From the NCBI GenBank assembly GCA_937983475.1, contig CALJZV010000351.1, positions 1-40,622 on the forward strand: a stretch of DNA of 40,622 bases. Direction: 5' to 3'. Of this stretch, positions 7,237-13,817 are shown piece by piece (position 1 is the first letter of the stretch; the number at the start of each line of letters is the position of its first letter). This DNA comes from an uncultured Verrucomicrobiales bacterium. Its GTDB lineage: Bacteria; Verrucomicrobiota; Verrucomicrobiia; Limisphaerales; JACDHS01. Position numbers and translations under genes: made by a program. The notes below the pieces were generated by a model. That model was not told where the DNA came from. It saw only the letters and a program-made list of their open reading frames with translations, and searched no databases.

Positions 7237-10200
7237 ATGACCAGCGCCGAAATCCGACAATCGTTCCTCGACTTCTTCAAGTCGAAGCAGCACACCATCG
7301 TGCCGTCTTCGAGCCTCATGCCCGATTCGCCGAATCTGCTGTTCACCAACGCCGGCATGAACCAGTTCGTGCCGATCTTTCTCGGCCAGACCAAATGCCC
7401 CTACACGCCCGGGCGCGCCGCCGACACGCAGAAGTGCATCCGCGCCGGTGGCAAGCACAATGACCTCGACGACGTCGGCCTCGACACCTACCACCACACG
7501 TTCTTCGAGATGCTCGGCAACTGGTCCTTCGGCGATTACTTCAAAAAGGAAGCCATCGACTGGGCGTGGGAACTGGTCGTGGAGAAATGGAAATTCCCGC
7601 CGCAGCGTCTCTATGCCACTGTTTACAACCCGGACAAATCGAAGAACGACCCGAGCGAGTTCGACCAAGAGGCGTGGAACTTTTGGGCCGAGAAATTCCG
7701 CTCCGTCGGGCTCGATCCCGTCGTTCACATCGTCAACGGCAACAAGAAGGACAACTTCTGGATGATGGGCGAGACCGGCCCGTGCGGTCCATGCTCCGAA
7801 CTCCACGTGGACCTCACCCCCCGCCGGCACACCCAGGGGCCGCCCGGCCACCAGGGCCGCGGCGCGGGCAACGAGATTTGGAACCTCGTCTTCATCCAGT
7901 TCAACGCAAACCCCGACGGCTCGTTCTCGCCCCTGCCCGCCAAGCATGTGGACACCGGCATGGGCTTCGAGCGCGTCACCAGCATCATCCAGGGCACCAA
8001 AAACCTGACCGACTTTCAGAACGCGAAGATTTCCAACTACGAGACCGACATCTTCCGCCCAATCTTCGACGCCATCGAGAAACTCAGCGGCAAGAAATAC
8101 GGCAGCACGCTACCGCAAGTTTCGGGGAGCGCGACCGTCCCGGTCGCACCCGTCGGCGTCTCGCCAGCGGAACTCAACGAAAAGGGAGCGCGGGCGTCCT
8201 CGCCCGCCCCCGTTGGCGTCCCGCCAACGGAACCTTCCGCGCAGGGAGCAAAATATTACAAGCGACGCCTTCCGCATTTCGAGCGGCCTTGGGCCAAATA
8301 CATGATCAGTTTCTCAACCCATGACAGACGGCAACTTTCGCCTGAGGCGCGCGACATAGTCCTCAAGAGCCTTTTATTTGGCCACAACCAACGCCGTTAT
8401 CAGCTATATGCGGCTTGCGTGATGCCCGATCACGTTCATTTCCTTTTTGAGCCGCAGGTCAAGGAGCAGGACAAGGACGGCAAGCCGGTCTTTTGGCCGC
8501 TTCCCGAACTGCTCCACTCCATCAAGTCGTTCACGGCGCATGAGATTAACAAGCTGGAGAAAACGACCGGTCAGATTTGGGAAAATGAGTCATTTGACCG
8601 GATGCTTCGCGGTGACGCTGACCTTGAGGAAAAGTTTCATTACATCTGCCGCAACCCGTGGGATTCCGGCGTCGTTCCTCAAACCGAGAATTACCCGTGG
8701 TTGTGGACGCCCGATGCTGCTGCTGCGCGGGACGCGCAGCTGGGCGACCGGGACGGTCGCGCTCCCCAAAACAACGCTCCAGTTTCGCATGAGCAAATCC
8801 AGCTCGACGTCGCGTTCCGCGTCATTGCCGACCATATCCGCACGCTTTCGTTTGCCATTGCCGACGGCATCCAACCCGGCAACACCGACCGCAACTACGT
8901 CCTGCGTCGCATTCTGCGGCGCGCGGTGCGCTATGGCCGCACGCTCGGGTTCCACGAACCGTTCTTCTACAAGCTCGTGGACGTGCTCGCCGACACGATG
9001 GGCGATGTCTTCCCCGAAATCCGCGCCAAGAAGAAGCATGTGCAGGAGGTGATCCGCGTGGAGGAGGAGGCGTTTAACAAGACGTTGGATAAAGGCATTG
9101 CATTGCTGAATGAGGCCATGGAATTCGCAGTCACAGCCTCCATGTATAGGCGGGACGTCGGTTACGCCACCGGAGGTGGATCTATTTCAGATTTCGAAAA
9201 GGAAGGTGATGACGTTGATGTATTCGTAATGCTTGAACTTCCTGGCAGAGGCATTGTTAAAGCTATTTCGGGAGACCTCGCCTTCAAGCTCTACGACACT
9301 TACGGCTTCCCTCTCGACCTCACCGAATTGATGGCGCGGGAGCGCGGCCTGACGGTGGATAAGGAAGGTTTCGAAAAGCTGATGGAGGAGCAGCGTGCCC
9401 GCGCCCGCGCCGCGCAGAAAAAGGAAGTCATTTCGCTCTCACAAATCGAGACCACAACGCCCACCAGGTTTGTCGGCTTCGACACGCTGGAAACCGATGC
9501 CAAGGTGCTCGAAGTCGTGTCGCTCAAGGCCAAAAACGCTGTCATTCTCGACACCAGCGCCTGCTACGCTGAAATGGGCGGCCAGGTCGGCGACACCGGC
9601 GAACTGGAACACGGCAGCCAGCTCTGGCGCGTGGTCAACACCCAAAAAAGCGGCAACACCTGGCTCCACTTTATTGAAGGCGGCGATGCCCCTGCCGTCG
9701 GCATGACTGTGACACTTGCGGTGGGCAAGCCGCGCCGCCAGGCGATTCAGCGCCATCACACGGTGACACATTTGCTGCACTGGGCGTTGCACGAGGTCGT
9801 CAGCAAGGAAGCCTCGCAGAAAGGTTCCTTCGTCGGCCCGGACAAATTGACCTTTGACTTCAACAGCGCCCCGCTCACGCCACAGCAGGTGGCTGAGATC
9901 GAAAAGCTCGTCAATGAGCGGATTCTCGAGAACGCACCAGTGTCGTGGACGGAGGTCAAATACGCGCACATCAAGGAGCGCAAGGACATCATGCAGTTCT
10001 TTGGCGAGAAATACGGCGAATGGGTCCGTGTCGTCCAGATCGGTGGCAAGCCGACCGGCCTGGACGGCTATTCCATGGAACTGTGCGGCGGCACCCACGT
10101 GCGCAACACCGGCGAAATCGGCCTGTTCCGCATTACCGGTGAAAGCGCCATCGCCGCCGGCGTGCGCCGCATCGAAGCGGTCGCGGGGCTGGTTGCTTAT

Positions 10201-10713
10201 GACAAAATAAAAGAGAACGCTCAGCTCATCGAAGCCGTGGCCGGGAAAGTCAATTCCCCTGTCGGCGAACTGGAAAAGAAAATTGAGGCGCTGCTGGCGC
10301 AGCAAAAGGAACTGGAAAAAGCATTGCGCGCGGCCAATCAACGCCAGGCCGCCGGACGTGCAAAGGAATTAATCGGCGCCGCCAAAACAATCAGCGCCAC
10401 ACCAGCCATTATCGAAAACCTCGGTGACGCCGACGGCGACACGCTTCAAGCCATTGCCGATGCGCTGAAGACGCAGTTCAAGGGCGTGATCGTGTTGGGC
10501 GGCGCGACTGGCGGCGCGGTGGCGCTGATTGCGGCGGTTTCGCCCGAATTCACGGCCAAAATCCAGGCCGGCAAACTCATCCAGCAGATCGCGCCAATCG
10601 TGGGCGGCAAGGGTGGCGGCAAGCCGGACAATGCGCGCGGCGGCGGAAAAGACGCCTCCAAATTGAACGAAGCGCTGGCCAAGGCGTCTGAAATACTGTG
10701 CGGCCTCACTTGA
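7237..10713 (+). CDS. alaS: Alanine--tRNA ligase (AlaRS) carrying two in-frame insertions
   Basis: Conserved AlaRS blocks seen: MTSAEIRQSFLDFFKSKQH, FTNAGMNQF, HHTFFEMLGNWSFGDYFK, GPCGPCSELH, DTGMGFERV, RVIADHIRTLSFAIADG, NYVLRRILRRAVRYG, FKLYDTYGFPLDLTE, editing-domain HTVTHLLHWALH and CGGTHV, and C-terminal GGKGGGKPDNARGGG. The track ORF begins at 7165, but the canonical N-terminus starts at ATG 7237. The product is 1158 aa, against 876 aa for E. coli AlaRS. Confidence 0.95.
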   Translation: MTSAEIRQSFLDFFKSKQHTIVPSSSLMPDSPNLLFTNAGMNQFVPIFLGQTKCPYTPGRAADTQKCIRAGGKHNDLDDVGLDTYHHTFFEMLGNWSFGDYFKKEAIDWAWELVVEKWKFPPQRLYATVYNPDKSKNDPSEFDQEAWNFWAEKFRSVGLDPVVHIVNGNKKDNFWMMGETGPCGPCSELHVDLTPRRHTQGPPGHQGRGAGNEIWNLVFIQFNANPDGSFSPLPAKHVDTGMGFERVTSIIQGTKNLTDFQNAKISNYETDIFRPIFDAIEKLSGKKYGSTLPQVSGSATVPVAPVGVSPAELNEKGARASSPAPVGVPPTEPSAQGAKYYKRRLPHFERPWAKYMISFSTHDRRQLSPEARDIVLKSLLFGHNQRRYQLYAACVMPDHVHFLFEPQVKEQDKDGKPVFWPLPELLHSIKSFTAHEINKLEKTTGQIWENESFDRMLRGDADLEEKFHYICRNPWDSGVVPQTENYPWLWTPDAAAARDAQLGDRDGRAPQNNAPVSHEQIQLDVAFRVIADHIRTLSFAIADGIQPGNTDRNYVLRRILRRAVRYGRTLGFHEPFFYKLVDVLADTMGDVFPEIRAKKKHVQEVIRVEEEAFNKTLDKGIALLNEAMEFAVTASMYRRDVGYATGGGSISDFEKEGDDVDVFVMLELPGRGIVKAISGDLAFKLYDTYGFPLDLTELMARERGLTVDKEGFEKLMEEQRARARAAQKKEVISLSQIETTTPTRFVGFDTLETDAKVLEVVSLKAKNAVILDTSACYAEMGGQVGDTGELEHGSQLWRVVNTQKSGNTWLHFIEGGDAPAVGMTVTLAVGKPRRQAIQRHHTVTHLLHWALHEVVSKEASQKGSFVGPDKLTFDFNSAPLTPQQVAEIEKLVNERILENAPVSWTEVKYAHIKERKDIMQFFGEKYGEWVRVVQIGGKPTGLDGYSMELCGGTHVRNTGEIGLFRITGESAIAAGVRRIEAVAGLVAYDKIKENAQLIEAVAGKVNSPVGELEKKIEALLAQQKELEKALRAANQRQAAGRAKELIGAAKTISATPAIIENLGDADGDTLQAIADALKTQFKGVIVLGGATGGAVALIAAVSPEFTAKIQAGKLIQQIAPIVGGKGGGKPDNARGGGKDASKLNEALAKASEILCGLT
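8124..8233 (+). repeat. Two tandem ~50-nt REP-like units, each with two hairpins (left flank of the RAYT module)
   Basis: Unit A (8124-8173) is ggggagcgcgaccgtcccggtcgcacccgtcggcgtctcgccagcggaac. Unit B (8183-8233) is agggagcgcgggcgtcctcgcccgcccccgttggcgtcccgccaacggaac. Hairpins: 8131-8147 (7 bp, loop tcc), 8150-8170 (imperfect, loop tct), 8190-8207 (7 bp, loop tcct) and 8210-8230 (9 bp, loop tcc). Confidence 0.8.
8722..8767 (-). repeat. Inverted copy of the REP-like two-hairpin unit (right flank of the RAYT module)
   Basis: Hairpins gctgcgcg-gga-cgcgcagc (8722-8740) and gcgaccg-gga-cggtcgc (8744-8760), then gctcccc. The reverse complement begins with the same 24 nt as unit A. Confidence 0.8.
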
Positions 10714-10746
10714 ACTTTCAGGCCGCTGAACTAAAATCTGAACCCT

Positions 10747-11013
10747 ATGAAGAAACTGATCGTCTGTATCGCCCTCGTCGCCGGCCTGATGACCCCAGCC
10801 ATCACCGAAGCCTGCGACAAGCACAAGAAGAAAGCCGCCAAAGCCAAAGCCAAGGCTGAATGCCCTGTTTCGGGCAAAAAGGCCAGTTGTGACAAGGACA
10901 AGGCCGCCGGCTGCGAAAAAGCCAAGTCCGCTTGCCAAAAGGAAACCGCGTGCAGCAAAACGCCCTCACGCCAATCCGCGGCGGCCAAGGGTTCTGAAGC
11001 CCTGAGAAATTAA
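10747..11013 (+). CDS. Small secreted Lys/Ala/Cys-rich protein (unknown function)
   Basis: 88-aa ORF starting 34 nt after alaS. Signal-peptide-like N-terminus MKKLIVCIALVAGLMTPAITEA. The mature part is CDKHKKKAAKAKAKAECPVSGKKASCDKDKAAGCEKAKSACQKETACSK, with 7 Cys. A strong terminator follows. I recognise no family. Confidence 0.55.
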   Translation: MKKLIVCIALVAGLMTPAITEACDKHKKKAAKAKAKAECPVSGKKASCDKDKAAGCEKAKSACQKETACSKTPSRQSAAAKGSEALRN

Positions 11014-11044
11014 TTTCGACTCACCGGCAGCTTAAGCTTCGCAA

Positions 11045-11080
11045 ATCCCCGTTCTCTCCGGACGGGGATTTTTATTTTTT
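11045..11080 (+). terminator. Rho-independent terminator (between convergent genes)
   Basis: atccccgt (11045-11052) pairs with acggggat (11062-11069), an 8-bp stem with a 9-nt loop, running directly into tttttatttttt. The T-run overlaps the stop codon of the minus-strand EEP gene. Confidence 0.7.
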
Positions 11081-11980
11081 CGACAATCGCGGCCAAAACT
11101 CCACTTCGCCAATCACAGGATTGTGGTCCGAAGCCAGCGAGGCATCCCGGATCACTCTCGCGCTCCGAACTTTGAATTCCTCGGTGACATAGATGTAGTC
11201 AATGGCGACTCGTGGAGCCGTTCCCGCTGGATAACTTTTGCGATCTTCATGCGGCACGCCTGCGGCCGTCAGCACATCGGTATATTTTTCCGAAAGGCGA
11301 ACCATCGCTGGTTCCTCGGGTTCGGCGTTGAAATCGCCCATGAGAATCTTCGGCCCTTCAATGCGATCCATCACGGCGATGATTTGATCAATCTGCTGCT
11401 CGCGCTGGTCGGGCGTCAAACCCAGGTGCGTGACGAATAAATGAACCGGATTTCCCGCGATGGTCACTTCGGCGTGCATCAGAATCCGCTGTTCGCTGTA
11501 GTAGTCAGGGTACTTGGGATGCGACTGCCGATAATCAGGCTTAAACAACAGGAACCGCTCAGAATACCGTATTGGGAATCGGCTCAGCAGCGCTACGCCG
11601 TAATCACCATTGGTCCCGGGCGTCTCCCGAATGGTAAATGCAGGCTGAAAAGCCCCCTGCAAATTTAACCGGTTCGCCAGCCAGGCGGCTTGGTCGGCCA
11701 GGGATGTGCGTTGCCGGAACCGGTCCACTTCCTGCAAACCGATCAGGTCGCACGACTCCGCAGCCATCAACTGCGCCACCGCTTCCAGAGTGATTTGTTG
11801 GGGGCTGTTGCGCAAATCGCCCCCCCCGGCGCCGATGCGGATATTGTAACTCATCAGCCTGAGTCGAACGGGTTCCTGGCGACTGGTTTTCATGGTGCCT
11901 GCCGATGGGCTGCCGCAACCTGATAACAGCCCTGCCATCAGCAAAATAAAACCACGCCGCAGCCATAGTGTTATTTGCAT
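11072..11980 (-). CDS. Endonuclease/exonuclease/phosphatase (EEP) family lipoprotein
   Basis: Motifs LRLMSYNIRIG, DLIGLQEVD, FVTHLGL, MGDFNAEP and ASDHNPV. I chose ATG at 11980 (MQITLWLRRGFILLMAGLLSGCGS, lipobox LSGC) over the longer track start at 12136, which would overlap the divergent gene. Confidence 0.85.
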   Translation of the reverse strand: MQITLWLRRGFILLMAGLLSGCGSPSAGTMKTSRQEPVRLRLMSYNIRIGAGGGDLRNSPQQITLEAVAQLMAAESCDLIGLQEVDRFRQRTSLADQAAWLANRLNLQGAFQPAFTIRETPGTNGDYGVALLSRFPIRYSERFLLFKPDYRQSHPKYPDYYSEQRILMHAEVTIAGNPVHLFVTHLGLTPDQREQQIDQIIAVMDRIEGPKILMGDFNAEPEEPAMVRLSEKYTDVLTAAGVPHEDRKSYPAGTAPRVAIDYIYVTEEFKVRSARVIRDASLASDHNPVIGEVEFWPRLSKK

Positions 11981-12089
11981 GGGCGCGAGTGTGCCCTGAG
12001 AAGCAACAAAGCCAATTATTTTTTGCCGCAACCTTTGATCGGCAATACCGGTTGCGGAATGTCCCATAATTGCCCAGCATGAAACAACA

Positions 12090-12707
12090 ATGAACCAGTC
12101 CGCCAGCATCCCGTCTTCGCAATTTGAACAGGCCATCGGCAGGTTCGATGCCGAGAACGCCCAGGACCCTAACCAGGAGCTTGTTGAAGGGGTGCCTCGG
12201 CCCCGTGAGCTGGTCTATGCACAGCGGCTTTATGACTGGGTGCGCAAACTGTGCCCTGATGCCTCCGAAGCCCTTCTGCTGGCCGCCCGCTGCCAGCACA
12301 TTTGCCGGTGGATGATTCCCCGCAAACGCTATGATATGAACCGCGCGGGCTACCTGCGATGGCGCAATGACTTAAAAAAATTCCATGCGGAAAAGTCCGG
12401 GGAAATCCTTCGGCAGACAGGCTATTTAGAGGAAATGATAAGCAAGGTGCAGGACCTGAATCTAAAAAAAAACTTCCCCCACGATCCTGAAAGCCGGGTT
12501 CTGGAGGATGCCCTTTGCCTTGTCTTTCTGGAGCACCAGTTCGCGGAGTTGGCCTCACGGGCCTCTGACGAAACCATGATCAACGCCCTGAGAAAATCAT
12601 GGCAGAAAATGTCCCCGGATGGCCGCCGGGAGGCACTAAAACTCTCCTTCGGCCCCCGCGAGCAACAGTTGCTTAGGCAGGCGCTTCAAGAGGACAATCC
12701 AGCCTGA
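12090..12707 (+). CDS. DUF4202 family protein
   Basis: FEQAIGRFDAENAQDPN...PRELVYAQRLYDWVRKLCPDASEALLLAARCQHICRWMIPRKRYDMNRAGYLRWRNDLKKFHAEKSGEIL...LEDALCLVFLEHQF matches the DUF4202 pattern as I remember it. Confidence 0.7.
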   Translation: MNQSASIPSSQFEQAIGRFDAENAQDPNQELVEGVPRPRELVYAQRLYDWVRKLCPDASEALLLAARCQHICRWMIPRKRYDMNRAGYLRWRNDLKKFHAEKSGEILRQTGYLEEMISKVQDLNLKKNFPHDPESRVLEDALCLVFLEHQFAELASRASDETMINALRKSWQKMSPDGRREALKLSFGPREQQLLRQALQEDNPA

Positions 12708-12821
12708 TTGTTCATCCCTTTCCAGTTGGCATTCAAGTAGCTTTCAGAACCGCTTGGTTCCTGACCTTGTCAGGGCACTCGGTGGTCCGGCATTCCGGCT
12801 TCCGATCAATCAAGGAGAGAA

Positions 12822-13793
12822 TTGACCCAACTGAAAATGGACTTATTGCCTGCGTTCCCGACTGCGCAAGACAGCAACGATCTGCTGTCCAATCTCGTGA
12901 TCCCCGCCCCTTCGGCGGATCCTTGGATGCTTTACCATGAGGGCTTCTACTATTTCTGTGAAAGCCGGAACAATTCCACACTCCACGTCCGCAAGACCCG
13001 GAACCTCCTGGATATCGGCAGGGACCCGGGCGTGTGTGTCTGGACGCCTCCCCGCCGCGGCCCCTACAGCAAGAACGTCTGGGCACCGGAGCTGCATTTC
13101 ATCGCGGGAAAATGGTTTATTTATTTCGCCGCTGACAATGGGAAAAACGAAAACCACCGCATGTGGGTTCTCGAATCGGAAACCGCCGACCCACAAGGAA
13201 AATATATTCTTCGCGGCCAGTTGGAAACGGGAGGTTGGGCCATTGACGGCACCCCTCTGATCGCGGAGGACGGAGGCCTTTACTTCGTCTGGTCCGGTTG
13301 GCCGGGCAAGAAAGATGGCCAGCAAAATCTCTATATCGCCCCCATGAGCGATCCTTGCTCCGTCTCCGCAGAAAGGGTTCTGATTTCCGAGCCCACCGAG
13401 GAATGGGAGCGTTATGAAATGCCGATCAATGAGGGGCCGCAAACCCTTCGCAAGGACGGGCGCATCTTCATTGTTTATTCCGCCAGCGCAAGCTGGACGC
13501 TCCATTACTGCCTGGGAATGCTGGAACTGACCGGCACAAACCTGTTAAGCCGCGATTCCTGGAAAAAAACCGGACCGGTCTTTGAGAAAAATGAACACGC
13601 CTGGGGCGTCGGCCACTGTTCCTTCGTGAAGTCGCCGTGCCAGAGCGAGGACTGGATTTTATTTCATGCGAAAACCAGCAAGAGCAACGGCTGGCTCGAT
13701 CGCCGCGTTCAGGCGCAGCGGTTCAACTGGCACCCCGATGGCCGCCCTGATTTCGGCGCCCCAAGGCCGGCCCCTTCCCTGCAAGCCGCCTGA
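12822..13793 (+). CDS. Glycoside hydrolase family 43-like protein
   Basis: The three GH43 catalytic-region motifs are present: ADPWMLYHEGFYYF (Asp), VWAPELHFIAGKWFIYFAAD, and INEGPQ (Glu). LYIAPMSDP and IFIVYSAS are also seen. The start is either TTG 12822 (AGGAGA 3-4 nt upstream) or ATG 12837. No obvious signal peptide. Confidence 0.8.
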   Translation: MTQLKMDLLPAFPTAQDSNDLLSNLVIPAPSADPWMLYHEGFYYFCESRNNSTLHVRKTRNLLDIGRDPGVCVWTPPRRGPYSKNVWAPELHFIAGKWFIYFAADNGKNENHRMWVLESETADPQGKYILRGQLETGGWAIDGTPLIAEDGGLYFVWSGWPGKKDGQQNLYIAPMSDPCSVSAERVLISEPTEEWERYEMPINEGPQTLRKDGRIFIVYSASASWTLHYCLGMLELTGTNLLSRDSWKKTGPVFEKNEHAWGVGHCSFVKSPCQSEDWILFHAKTSKSNGWLDRRVQAQRFNWHPDGRPDFGAPRPAPSLQAA

Positions 13794-13817
13794 GATCCAA
13801 GAGGCTTCGTCCCCGGG

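Larger units (their letters stand above)
8124..8767 (+). mobile_element. RAYT / IS200-like Y1 (HUH) transposase module bounded by inverted REP-like hairpin units, inserted in frame inside alaS
   Basis: The perfect 24-nt inverted repeat ggggagcgcgaccgtcccggtcgc (8124-8147) pairs with gcgaccgggacggtcgcgctcccc (8744-8767). Between the two arms lies YYKRRLPHFERPWAKYMISFSTH...YAACVMPDHVHFLFEP (HUH codons 8431-8439) ...IWENESFDRMLRGDADLEEKFHYICRNPWDSG (Tyr codon 8641-8643). It is in the same frame and strand as alaS, with no stop codon and no ATG ahead of the RRLPHFE block. By hand count the core is about 53% GC over 8281-8460. Confidence 0.75.

Noticed and set aside
7811-7870. Extremely GC-rich stretch in alaS encoding LTPRRHTQGPPGHQGRGAGNEIWN, which looked unlike the usual LTP.GDT.G..LVN.G...IEIWN loop. 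I suspected a compensated double frameshift.
   Set aside because: Translating the other two frames gives nothing closer to the expected loop. The conserved blocks on both sides are in the same frame, and the length is about normal. I treated it as a divergent loop. My memory of the consensus is also imprecise.
7216-7947. Long antisense or alternative-frame ORFs overlapping confidently assigned genes. Examples: 7216-7947(-), 9439-10341(-), 8447-9052(+), 1243-1944(-), 4644-5333(-), 20539-21384(-), 24080-24787(-), 25396-26952(-, 518 aa), 27067-27978(-), 36065-36745(+), 39647-40339(+).
   Set aside because: Each lies opposite to, or out of frame with, a CDS that has strong family motifs. Their translations are Arg/Gly/Ala/Pro-rich with no motifs. 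This is the expected stop-codon-poor shadow ORF of high-GC DNA.
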